From Candidatus Latescibacterota bacterium (GTDB taxonomy: Bacteria; Latescibacterota; UBA2968; UBA8231), in the NCBI GenBank assembly GCA_965200315.1, contig OZ241362.1, positions 1,664,001-1,728,000 of the forward strand: a stretch of 64,000 nucleotides of DNA, written 5' to 3'. The stretch's first letter is position 1. Each line of letters opens with the position of its first letter. The notes below the pieces were generated by a model, which was not told the DNA's origin, made no database searches, and saw nothing but the letters and a program-made list of their open reading frames with translations. The translations under genes and the position numbers were made by a program. Of this stretch, positions 37,523-46,400 are shown piece by piece.

Positions 37523-38179
37523 TCAGTTGAGCCTGAAGACGAAGGGCAAGCTAACCCAGACCTTGACGGGCCTGTCGTTTTGCATCGCCGGTGTAAACTC
37601 CGACTGGAGAGCGGCAGTTTTGGCGACCTCGTGGAACACCTTGGGACCCGTGACCTCGCCGATCTGCTCGACCTTGCCGTCTTTGCCCACTAGCGCCGTG
37701 ACAAACACCTTGCCGGTGATGTTGGCCTTCTGAGCGGTAGCTGGATACTCCGGCTTTACTTTTTTGATGAGTTTGGGCTTCTTCTCGACCCGCCACAATT
37801 CGACGATCTCTTCTTCCTCCTCCAACTCGACTTCCTCAACCACTTCCTCCTCTAATGGCGGCGGCGGTGCCAGATCGTCGAGACCGAACTCAAGCTCGGT
37901 GTCCTCAATAGTCACGTCATCCGGGACATCCGGGCTGTCGGTAGGCACGGGCACGACTGGTCGGGCCGGCGGTGGAGGCCGGCGTTCCTGTTTGGTCTCG
38001 GGAATTTCTTCGAGTTGAATGACAATAGGCTCTTCGGATTTGGCATAGGCTTCCGGCTCGAAGCTGGGGAAGAGGACAAAGAGGGCCGCATGCACGAGGG
38101 TAGAAAGACCCGTGCAGGCCCACAACGTCTTCCGGTACGTCAGCCGCAGGTTGGCTTCAGGCTGTTTGCCGCGAATCAT
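37523..38179 (-). CDS. tonB: Energy transducer TonB
   Basis: TM helix with S..H, Pro/Glu-rich linker, PEYP..A..GKV C-terminal TonB domain. Confidence 0.88.
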   Translation of the reverse strand: MIRGKQPEANLRLTYRKTLWACTGLSTLVHAALFVLFPSFEPEAYAKSEEPIVIQLEEIPETKQERRPPPPARPVVPVPTDSPDVPDDVTIEDTELEFGLDDLAPPPPLEEEVVEEVELEEEEEIVELWRVEKKPKLIKKVKPEYPATAQKANITGKVFVTALVGKDGKVEQIGEVTGPKVFHEVAKTAALQSEFTPAMQNDRPVKVWVSLPFVFRLN

Positions 38180-38589
38180 TCGTCCAACTCCCGTTTGGTG
38201 GAGAAATTGACCCGCAGAGCCTCGACCTTGCGCAACTCCTCCATGACATCAGAAATCACCCCGAACTCGGAATCCTTATCGCCCCGCAATGAGATGATCA
38301 ACCGAGGATTGACCGTCAGGTGCCTATGCACCAGCTTGCCCACTTCGGCAAGCGGGATGTTCCGGTCCTCGATATTGACGACTCCCTCGCTACTGACCCA
38401 AACCTGCAACACGCTGCGGCGGCTTTCGAGCTTCTCGATTTTTTCGGCCTGTGGCAACTCCACCGGCACACCCCGATAGCGCACGAAAACCGTCGAGACC
38501 ATGAAAAACACGAGGAGCAAGAAGGATATATCAGCCATGGAGGCCGTGGGAATGGCACTAACTACTTTGGCTTTGCGTGCGAATTTCAT
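38176..38589 (-). CDS. exbD: Biopolymer transporter ExbD
   Basis: IPTASMADISFLLLVFFMV; LRGDK. Confidence 0.9.
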   Translation of the reverse strand: MKFARKAKVVSAIPTASMADISFLLLVFFMVSTVFVRYRGVPVELPQAEKIEKLESRRSVLQVWVSSEGVVNIEDRNIPLAEVGKLVHRHLTVNPRLIISLRGDKDSEFGVISDVMEELRKVEALRVNFSTKRELDE

Positions 38590-38592
38590 CGA

Positions 38593-39006
38593 CTATTCTT
38601 CCGGGTTGGCAATCGAGATTTTGGTGGCCCCGGCCAGTTTGAGCTCGTCTAGCACATCGACGAAGGTCCGATAGGTGGATCCGCGCTCGGTCTTGAGCGA
38701 GACGATCAAATTCTCGTTTTCTTGCAGACGCCCTTCGATGCGCACCTTGAGCTCGGCAAATGGCACGGGCGTTAGCTGTTCATTCTCAAAAAAAGCAACT
38801 TGGTCGCGGGCATTGATCCACACGTTGAGAATATTCTTTTCTCGTACCTCCTTGGTCTCGCCTACCGGCGGCAAGTGCAATGAAAGGCCCTTGTCTTGGT
38901 TCATGGTGGTCGTGACGAGGAAGAACACGATCAACAAAAAGGCGATATCCGCCATCGAAGCCGTGGGGATTTCCGGGGAAACCCGGCTCTGGCGCCTCCC
39001 AATCAC
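38593..39006 (-). CDS. exbD: Biopolymer transporter ExbD
   Basis: IPTASMADIAFLLIVFFLVTT. Confidence 0.9.
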   Translation of the reverse strand: MIGRRQSRVSPEIPTASMADIAFLLIVFFLVTTTMNQDKGLSLHLPPVGETKEVREKNILNVWINARDQVAFFENEQLTPVPFAELKVRIEGRLQENENLIVSLKTERGSTYRTFVDVLDELKLAGATKISIANPEE

Positions 39007-39008
39007 GT

Positions 39009-39626
39009 CTAGGCTCCTTGATGCTCTCGTGCGGCCAATAGGTCGATAAAGTTGGCCGTCTGCTCGGTCATATCGGCGATAATTTTATCGATGCGATTGG
39101 CGCAGAAATTGTAGCAAAACTGGATCAGGATGCCCACGATCAAACCCGAGGCTGTGGTGATTAGAGCCTCGGAAATACCACCCGCGACCATGGAAGGCTC
39201 GACATCGCCGGCTTCCTTAATCGCCTGAAAGGCATTGATCATACCGCTGACCGTGCCTAAAAAACCTATCATCGGTGCCAAGTTGGCCACTGTCGAGAGC
39301 CAGACCATGCCGCGCTCGAGAAAGGCCATCTCCACTGCGCCGGAATTGTCAATGGCTTTCTCGACGTGGTCGATGCCGCGATCTAGGCGCAGGAGCCCTG
39401 CGTGGATGACCGAGGCAACCGGACCACGCGTATTCGAGCAAAGTTCGGCCGCTGCGTCGGGGCCTCCGCTTTCGAGTACCTCTTCAAGGTTCGTGAAGAA
39501 ATTCGCCGCATCGATCGACGACCGCGACAGATTGAACAGGCGCTCAATAGCTACGGCAATGCCGATGATGAGCAGAATGAGCAGGGGCCACATGGCCCAT
39601 CCACCGTCGTAAAAAAGCTCTACCAT
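39009..39626 (-). CDS. exbB: MotA/TolQ/ExbB proton channel protein
   Basis: APMIGFLGTVSGMI.AF, GISEALITTASGL. Confidence 0.92.
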   Translation of the reverse strand: MVELFYDGGWAMWPLLILLIIGIAVAIERLFNLSRSSIDAANFFTNLEEVLESGGPDAAAELCSNTRGPVASVIHAGLLRLDRGIDHVEKAIDNSGAVEMAFLERGMVWLSTVANLAPMIGFLGTVSGMINAFQAIKEAGDVEPSMVAGGISEALITTASGLIVGILIQFCYNFCANRIDKIIADMTEQTANFIDLLAAREHQGA

Positions 39627-39680
39627 TTTTCCCCCTCGCGATTGTAATGTTAGTCCCGGTCCAACAGACCAGAGCGGTAT

Positions 39681-40835
39681 TTAGTTTTGCTCCTCTTGAG
39701 CCTCTTCGCCACCGAAGAACTGCCGCTTGAGCTTTTCTTCCTCGGTCTCGGGCGGCCGGAGCTGCCAGATGCGCTGTTGGGCCACCTTTTCCCAAGCCGG
39801 ATCGGCTTTGGCTTTCTCAAAAGCGGCGATGGCCCCTTCCTCGTCGCCCTCCCTCACCAGATTGTCGCCTTTGAGTAGCAGCAGGTGGGCATCCTTGGGA
39901 TTCACCTTCAGCCCCCGCCCTAGCCACGCTTTTACCGAGGCGAACTCGCTACGGCCTTGGTGCCATTCCACTAGCTCAGCTATGCTCTTCAAATCCTTGG
40001 GATCGGCCTTGACCATGCCCTTGAGGCCCTTGAAGCGCATGGCGTCGTCGTCCTCTTCAGAGGCAATTGATGCGATGCGGTTGTAATAGGAATAAGCGTT
40101 TTGTGAATCCACCTTCGCCAGTTGCAACAGCGTGTCGTAAGCCCCTTCGACATCGCCGACCTCTAGCTTCAGTTCGACGATGCTCTCCAATTGGTCAGCT
40201 CCGTCCGTCCCTTCCTCGACTTGGCGTTTGCGCCATTCAAGAGCCTGCTCCACCTGCCCCAACTCTTGATGCAATAACGCAAGTATTTCAAATAGATCGG
40301 CATCTTCACTACCGTCCGCGACCAACTGTTCGTAGTGGGCGACAGCCCGTTCATTGTGCCCCCCGCGGCGATAGAGGTCGGCCAACTCGCGGCGGTACTT
40401 AGCTTCGTCCGGCTTTTTGATCAGTACGCGCTCCAAACTCCAAGCAGCCGAATCGGGCAAGTCCATGGCTTTATGTATCGAATAGAGCAACAGGTTGGAA
40501 TTCAGATGCAGCGAGTCGATACTGATCGCTTGGCGCAGTGCGGTACGTGCTTGGGGTAGTGCTATGCGAACGCCAGTGGAATCCTTTTTTTCGTAGTAGA
40601 GCTGCCCCAAGAAGTAGGCGGCCTTCAAGTCTTGGGGACTATATTGCAAAAGAGTCGTATAATAGCCTATGGCCCTGTCGTACTCTTTGTTTTGGCGGGC
40701 CGTTTTGGCGTAATATTTGTACTTGCGGATTGAATCGGCTATTGCAATTTCCTCGGCTTCAGCCTCGGCACCCAAAATTAAGGCACAGATCACTAATCCT
40801 AGAGTACGCATCAAATTACATTGCACGATGAACAA
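39681..40835 (-). CDS. Exported TPR-repeat protein
   Basis: Signal-peptide-like N-terminus (true start probably 40826 or 40811); helical TPR-like repeats. Confidence 0.75.
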   Translation of the reverse strand: MFIVQCNLMRTLGLVICALILGAEAEAEEIAIADSIRKYKYYAKTARQNKEYDRAIGYYTTLLQYSPQDLKAAYFLGQLYYEKKDSTGVRIALPQARTALRQAISIDSLHLNSNLLLYSIHKAMDLPDSAAWSLERVLIKKPDEAKYRRELADLYRRGGHNERAVAHYEQLVADGSEDADLFEILALLHQELGQVEQALEWRKRQVEEGTDGADQLESIVELKLEVGDVEGAYDTLLQLAKVDSQNAYSYYNRIASIASEEDDDAMRFKGLKGMVKADPKDLKSIAELVEWHQGRSEFASVKAWLGRGLKVNPKDAHLLLLKGDNLVREGDEEGAIAAFEKAKADPAWEKVAQQRIWQLRPPETEEEKLKRQFFGGEEAQEEQN

Positions 40836-40893
40836 TCCTCGATATGGCTACGGTCTTCAAGCCGCGACAATTCGCAGATTTATATTGGTCATT

Positions 40894-40923
40894 AGCTTAA
40901 TGCAGCCTTCGTAGAGCTGTCAA
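40894..40923 (-). promoter_or_regulatory. Putative promoter for the TPR-exbB-exbD-exbD-tonB operon
   Basis: Minus strand TTGACA-18 bp-TAAGCT in an AT-rich intergenic region. Confidence 0.45.
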
Positions 40924-41181
40924 GATATAGATTTGCTGTTTGGGATGCAACTTCAAAGGCCACCTAATGCTAATATATAAATAACAAACCCGCCATTACA
41001 TTTTTACAGCGACTGCGTTACGTTTTTGCGGCCCGTCTCGCATCTGTAGATTGACAAGTATTTATTTTTAATACACTTTATTCACTGTTTATCAACACGA
41101 CGAATAGCGCGTTTATCCGAACTAGCGCCACGTTCACTTCTGCCGGACTCGAGCGGCAGGGCTAATCTGAGAGGAGCAGCC

Positions 41182-42036
41182 TTGAACTGGTTTGAAAAAA
41201 TGAAATCTGGGATCAAATCCCTAATAAAACGCAAAATTCCCCAAGGCCTCTGGATCAAGTGTAAAAAGTGCGGCCATTCCAACTACGAGATAGCCCTGCG
41301 ACGCTGTCACTGGATCTGCCCGGAGTGCGCTTGCCACTATCCCATCGGCCATCAGCAGTACATCGACCTCCTCATTGACGACGGTACAGTCACCGAGATT
41401 AACGCCAACGTAGCACCTGTCGATCCGCTCAAGTTCAAAGGCTATCGAGACAAAATCAAGACCAGTCGCCGCCAGAGCGGCCTAAAAGAATCGGTGTACA
41501 CTGGCATCGGCCAAATCGGCGGCCATCCGGTCGCCTTGGCGATCATGGACTCGCGTTATCTAACGGGCACGTTGGGCGGGGCGACCGGCGAGAAGCTCTG
41601 CCGCCTCATCGACCGCGCCATGGCCGAACGACGCACGCTAGTCATCGTCTGCCAGTCTGGTGGTGCTAGGATGCAGGAAAGCACCTATTCGCTGATGCAG
41701 ATGGCGCGGATTAGTGCCAAGCTCAATCAACTCTCGCAAAATGGCTTGCTCTACATCGCCATTATCACCGATCCGACCTACGGAGGAGTCACCGCCAGCT
41801 TCGCCATGCTCGGCGATATCGCCTTGGCCGAACCAGAGGCGCGCATCGGCTTTGCGGGACAAACCGTCATCCAGCAGTTCCTCGGCACGGACGCCCCCCT
41901 GCCCGAAGGCTTCCAACTAGCCGAGACCGTCCTCGAACACGGCTTTATCGACCGCATCGTCCCGCGCGACCGCATGGCGGCGGAACTGGCGCGTTTGATC
42001 GCACTTTTGGCTCCGAAGACTGCCAGCCGCGCCTAG
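41182..42036 (+). CDS. accD: Acetyl-CoA carboxylase carboxyltransferase beta subunit
   Basis: GLWIKCKKC..CPEC Zn finger, SGGARMQE, PTYGGVTASFAMLGD, IGFAG. Confidence 0.95.
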   Translation: MNWFEKMKSGIKSLIKRKIPQGLWIKCKKCGHSNYEIALRRCHWICPECACHYPIGHQQYIDLLIDDGTVTEINANVAPVDPLKFKGYRDKIKTSRRQSGLKESVYTGIGQIGGHPVALAIMDSRYLTGTLGGATGEKLCRLIDRAMAERRTLVIVCQSGGARMQESTYSLMQMARISAKLNQLSQNGLLYIAIITDPTYGGVTASFAMLGDIALAEPEARIGFAGQTVIQQFLGTDAPLPEGFQLAETVLEHGFIDRIVPRDRMAAELARLIALLAPKTASRA

Positions 42037-43346
42037 AAGTTGTGTCCTAGGATCAGCCAGACATCCATTTGCTCGTCGGCGACGCCCGTACCCATGCGGA
42101 TCACCAGATCCGCGTCCCAGACCATGCGTACCCCTGCGCCGCCGCTGATGTGCATGCCCGACCACCCGATCTTATCCAAGTCGGGCCAGACTCGGCCCGC
42201 ATCGAAAAAAATTACCCCCTGCCACTCTATGTACTGTCCGTAAAACCAGATGTCGTACAGTTGGCAGCGCAATTCGACATTGGACAAAAAGCGCACATCG
42301 TCTGTAAACCGCTGGGTATCAAAACCGCGCAGCGAATCGCTGCCGCCCAGCCCCTTGACCCGGCGACTGCCTCCTATTTCGCCATAAGCGTAGAGGGGTA
42401 CTTCGCCACTGAGGACCTCCAGTACGAGGCGGTGAGAGAAATTTATCCGAGGCGACAGCGGGATGTAGTAGGAGTTGGTCAGGGTTACGCGGCTAAAGTC
42501 AATTGGCTCAAAGAACAGCGCTAGCAGAGAATTGCGCGCCGACTCGTACGACCACTCCTGAAAGAAGCCGCGCCGCGGCATCACTTCGTCGTCGCGGGTA
42601 TCCCACTGGAGAGTCGCACTGATAAACCCCGAAAACCCATCGATCACTCCGTCTGGGGTCCCTCGATCTAAATAGAACGCCTGTGTCCCCCGCTGGTCCA
42701 CATCGACGCGCTCTACCCCAAAACCGACCGACATGGACATCGGACCGTATAGCTGGCGAAAAAGACTCACCAAGATCCGCGGGTTTCTTTCTAGAATGTA
42801 GTAGTAGTAGTTCTCATCCTTGAAATCAGCACTATTAGGGTTGATGAAGTCTCGATTGAATGAGCTATTGTTGCCCAACCCATAGTAGCGCGTACGTATA
42901 TTGCGCTCGCGGAACAACTCCAGTCTCAGGCCGAAACCCGTCCCCGAAATCCGCGGCACTCTCAGTCGTACGCGATTTTTTACTTTACCCTCAGAAGACT
43001 GCTGGACGTGCAACGTCAGCTTGTAGAGATAGGGCTGCCGCCGGTAGTCGGCCCAGTGGACGCGCACGCCCCAATTCCAACCCGTGTTGGGGCTGAGATA
43101 CGCGAACGGCAGGCCGGTGACGCCGTAGGGAATGCCTCGCAGGGTAAACTGGCGTCGCTTTGCCATCCAGCGCACGGCTTCCACGGTCTGTTCGGTCGCC
43201 GCCTGCGAGACTTTGGTCAGCAGCGGAGACGAGGGCCGGCTGTGGGTGGAATCGGCGCGGACCTCGCCCTCACCCCACACGCTCTCTGCGAACAATAGGA
43301 CGCCGATACAACTGCCGTTTGCGAGAAGTCGCTTAACCACAACCAC
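42033..43346 (-). CDS. Omp85 (BamA/TamA)-like outer membrane barrel without evident POTRA domains
   Basis: WDTRDD..P.RG, LGGSDSLRGF..RF, NVELR, FFDAGRVW, terminal GHNF. Confidence 0.8.
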   Translation of the reverse strand: MVVVKRLLANGSCIGVLLFAESVWGEGEVRADSTHSRPSSPLLTKVSQAATEQTVEAVRWMAKRRQFTLRGIPYGVTGLPFAYLSPNTGWNWGVRVHWADYRRQPYLYKLTLHVQQSSEGKVKNRVRLRVPRISGTGFGLRLELFRERNIRTRYYGLGNNSSFNRDFINPNSADFKDENYYYYILERNPRILVSLFRQLYGPMSMSVGFGVERVDVDQRGTQAFYLDRGTPDGVIDGFSGFISATLQWDTRDDEVMPRRGFFQEWSYESARNSLLALFFEPIDFSRVTLTNSYYIPLSPRINFSHRLVLEVLSGEVPLYAYGEIGGSRRVKGLGGSDSLRGFDTQRFTDDVRFLSNVELRCQLYDIWFYGQYIEWQGVIFFDAGRVWPDLDKIGWSGMHISGGAGVRMVWDADLVIRMGTGVADEQMDVWLILGHNF

Positions 43347-44187
43347 CTCGCTTCACTGCGCTTTCAGGGATAAAAATGCCGCACTCAAAGCGCTGGCGAT
43401 CAAGCGAGCTTATCGGCACATCAAGCGAATAGCGCAGCGGCGTAATAGCGATCGCACCGCGTACCAAGGCTTCCACATCGCTGTTAGCTCCATCGCCAAC
43501 CAACTGCAACTGACAGCTATGGTATGCAAAGTGCGACTCATCTTCACACCGGGCGAATAGCGGACCATAGCTCGTCTTCGCCAAACCCGTCAGGCACCTC
43601 GGGGATTCGCGCTTGGTATTAGCGGGCATGTTCACTGCGATCAGGTCGGCACCAGCCGGCAACCCCCCGCGCAAGATCTCGGCGGCGATGTCGGCAGTGA
43701 CGGCCGCCGCCGCCGCGACCAGCGCATCGAGCGCGGGATCGAGCTGCCGACATCGCCGCCAGAGCGCAAAAGCCGATTCGGGCAACTCCAGCGAAAAGGC
43801 TGCGGATGGCACCCCGGCGAGAAAGCCCTCTACAGCCGCCCCTATGGTGCCGGAACTCAGCGTGAAAGCGAGACCAGAATTGACGCCCATATTGATGCCA
43901 GAAACAACTAGCGCCGGCTTTTGGCAGCAAAGATTGTGGATGCCGATATGGGCGCAGTCGGCCGGCTTGCCGGTCAGTGTCTGAACGGGAAAGCCGCCGC
44001 ATTCAATCTCGGCCAGCACCAATGGCTCAAAGCGGCTCATACTCTTGCTGGTCCAACTACATTCCGCCGCCGGCACGACCACGCATAGCTCGGCCAACTC
44101 GGATAGCTCCCGCAGCAAAGGCACCAAAAGAGGCGAATCAGCACCGTCGTCGTTTGTCACCAATACTTGTAATTTTGCCGCGGTCAC
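43333..44187 (-). CDS. surE: 5'/3'-nucleotidase SurE
   Basis: LVTNDDG, GKPADC, VVSGINMG.N, SSGTIGAA.EG, ITPL. GTG 44187 is the probable start. Confidence 0.9.
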   Translation of the reverse strand: MTAAKLQVLVTNDDGADSPLLVPLLRELSELAELCVVVPAAECSWTSKSMSRFEPLVLAEIECGGFPVQTLTGKPADCAHIGIHNLCCQKPALVVSGINMGVNSGLAFTLSSGTIGAAVEGFLAGVPSAAFSLELPESAFALWRRCRQLDPALDALVAAAAAVTADIAAEILRGGLPAGADLIAVNMPANTKRESPRCLTGLAKTSYGPLFARCEDESHFAYHSCQLQLVGDGANSDVEALVRGAIAITPLRYSLDVPISSLDRQRFECGIFIPESAVKRGGCG

Positions 44188-44304
44188 GGTTGGTTTCCCT
44201 TCGCTATGGACGCGCTCTGAGCTGGGGATATATAATAACAATCCGCCATTCGACTCCCAATAATTTCCTTGCCTAGCTGCGGCCTGCGGTTCTATCATTT
44301 CTTT

Positions 44305-44568
44305 ATGGATGCCACCATTCTCCTACAGGAACTTGAAACCGTCGCCACAGGGCTAGACATCGAGGTGCGCTACGACGACTTTGAGGGCCAAGGTGGGCTT
44401 TGCCGCTATGGCGGTAGATCCTACTTGATCGTCAATCGCGAACTCGATACCGAAGCCCGGGTGCAGGTGTTATGCCGTGCTCTTGCGCGGCTGTCTCTAG
44501 ATACAGTCTTCATCCGTCCCCAAGTACGGGAACGGATCGAGAAATGTAGATCGCAGGCCGCCGCCTAA
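44305..44568 (+). CDS. Small conserved hypothetical protein
   Basis: 87 aa: LDIEVRYD..QGGLCRY..LIVNR..VFIRPQVRE. Confidence 0.6.
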   Translation: MDATILLQELETVATGLDIEVRYDDFEGQGGLCRYGGRSYLIVNRELDTEARVQVLCRALARLSLDTVFIRPQVRERIEKCRSQAAA

Positions 44569-44661
44569 TCGCCTACACTCGCACTGCCGCGCTCCAGCAT
44601 TTAGACGGTACCGCGAATTTTTCCGACAAAATTCACCGCCTGAAGGGCGGACGGCTCTTCC

Positions 44662-44690
44662 TTGACAGCCCCTATGTCATGGTCTATTTT
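44662..44690 (+). promoter_or_regulatory. Sigma70 promoter for rpmI-rplT
   Basis: TTGACA-17 bp-TATTTT, 38 nt upstream of the rpmI ATG. Confidence 0.6.
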
Positions 44691-44728
44691 TGCCTTTTCT
44701 GCCTAAATCAAAATACCGAAGGACCATC

Positions 44729-44926
44729 ATGCCCAAAATCAAGACGCATAAATCCTCTTCCAAGCGCATTAGGCAGCGCGGATCGGGCAGCCTGAAGCGG
44801 CGCAATGCCTATGCCACGCACCTTTTGGGTGGCCGCTCGACCAAGCGCAAACGGGCTTTCCGCAAAAACAGTTCGGTCTCGTCTGCAGACCTAGCCAATG
44901 TTCGCCGTGCCCTGAACCTCAAGTAA
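44729..44926 (+). CDS. rpmI: 50S ribosomal protein L35
   Basis: MPKIKTHKSSSKR..GSG..KR..HLL. Confidence 0.95.
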   Translation: MPKIKTHKSSSKRIRQRGSGSLKRRNAYATHLLGGRSTKRKRAFRKNSSVSSADLANVRRALNLK

Positions 44927-44949
44927 GCGAGTTTAACGGAGAATAATTT

Positions 44950-45303
44950 ATGCCACGGGTAAGTCATGCCGTAGCCACCAAAAAGCGCAAAAAGAAGGTC
45001 CTCAAACAATCCAAGGGTTATTGGGGGGGGCGCAGCCGCCTCTTCCGCACCGCTAGGGAAGCCGTTGACCGCGCTCAAGCCTACGCCTACCGAGACCGGC
45101 GTCAGCGCAAGCGGGACTTCCGCCGTCTCTGGATTGTCCGCATCAATGCCGCCGCCCGCCGCAACGGCATGTCTTATAGCCAGCTCGTCCACGGGCTGAA
45201 CCAAGCCGGCGTTGCAATCAACCGCAAGGTATTGGCCGATCTAGCCGTGCGCGATCCGGCCGCCTTTACCGCGGTAGTCGAACAAGCCCGCCCCCACGTC
45301 TAA
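44950..45303 (+). CDS. rplT: 50S ribosomal protein L20
   Basis: [43 protein letters not shown]. Confidence 0.97.
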   Translation: MPRVSHAVATKKRKKKVLKQSKGYWGGRSRLFRTAREAVDRAQAYAYRDRRQRKRDFRRLWIVRINAAARRNGMSYSQLVHGLNQAGVAINRKVLADLAVRDPAAFTAVVEQARPHV

Positions 45304-45320
45304 ATTTACACCCATCTGAC

Positions 45321-45360
45321 AAAAAGGGGCCGGCGATACGCGCTGGGCCCTTTTTATTTT
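45321..45360 (+). terminator. Rho-independent terminator after rplT
   Basis: AAAAAGGGGCCGGCG-loop-CGCTGGGCCCTTTTT followed by ATTTT. Confidence 0.65.
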
Positions 45361-45371
45361 ATTAGGTCTAT

Positions 45372-46382
45372 ATGTTAGAAGAAGTGCGACAATTGGCGTC
45401 GGTGGCCGTAGCGGAAATCGAGGCCGTCCAAGACGATAAGGCACTGGAAGCACTGCGAGTTCGCCACCTCGGGCGCAAGAGTCGGCTGCGCCAAATCGCA
45501 CGACAGATTGGCCAGCAACCCGCGGCAGATCGGCCAGCGCTAGGGGAGGCCACCGGCCGCGCCCAACAGGCCATTCAGCAAGCTCTCGACGACAAGGCCC
45601 GAGCCCTCCGGCAGTTAGATGCAACGGCTTCTTCCCTCGATGTAACACTCCCGGGCCGACGGCCTCTGTTGGGCTGTGCCCACCCCCTGTCTCAGCTAAC
45701 CGACGAATTGATCGGCATCTTTCAAGGCATGGGTTTTGACGTGGCCGACGGGCCAGAAGCCGAGGACGAGTACCACAACTTCGACGCTCTCAACACGCCG
45801 GCCGATCACCCCGCGCGCGACCTGCACGATACCTTCTATCTAGAGGGCGGTGGACTCATGCGCACTCACACCTCCACGGTGCAGATCCGCGTTATGGAGC
45901 AAACGCCGCCGCCGGTGCGGATCATCTCCTTGGGTCGCTGCTACCGCAAGGAGACAGTCGATGCAACCCACCACTTCGCCTTCCATCAGATCGAGGGTCT
46001 ATACGTCGACCGCGGGGTCTCTTTCGCCGATTTAAAGGGCACTATTGAGGCCATGGGACGCCAGCTTATGGGTGCGGCAACTCAAGTGCGCTTTCGCCCT
46101 CACTTCTTTCCCTTTACTGAGCCAAGTGTGGAATACGATTTTACCTGTACCTGCAAGGGACAACGCGCCAACTGCTCTATTTGCAAGGGAACGGGTTGGA
46201 TCGAAATCGCCGGCGCTGGCATGGTCGATCCGGCCGTCTTTGCCGCGGTGGGCTACGACCCAGACGAATACACGGGCTTCGCCTTCGGCATGGGGTTGGA
46301 GCGGATCGCCATGATCCGGCACGGCATCGACGATGTGCGGCGCTTTCTCGACAACGACTTGCGGTTCATCCGCCAGTTCTGA
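45372..46382 (+). CDS. pheS: Phenylalanine--tRNA ligase alpha subunit
   Basis: HPARD..DTFY, RTHTS.VQ, FHQIEG, RFRPHFFPFTEPS, GFAFGMGLER. Confidence 0.97.
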   Translation: MLEEVRQLASVAVAEIEAVQDDKALEALRVRHLGRKSRLRQIARQIGQQPAADRPALGEATGRAQQAIQQALDDKARALRQLDATASSLDVTLPGRRPLLGCAHPLSQLTDELIGIFQGMGFDVADGPEAEDEYHNFDALNTPADHPARDLHDTFYLEGGGLMRTHTSTVQIRVMEQTPPPVRIISLGRCYRKETVDATHHFAFHQIEGLYVDRGVSFADLKGTIEAMGRQLMGAATQVRFRPHFFPFTEPSVEYDFTCTCKGQRANCSICKGTGWIEIAGAGMVDPAVFAAVGYDPDEYTGFAFGMGLERIAMIRHGIDDVRRFLDNDLRFIRQF

Positions 46383-46400
46383 GGTTTTCGATAACACCTT

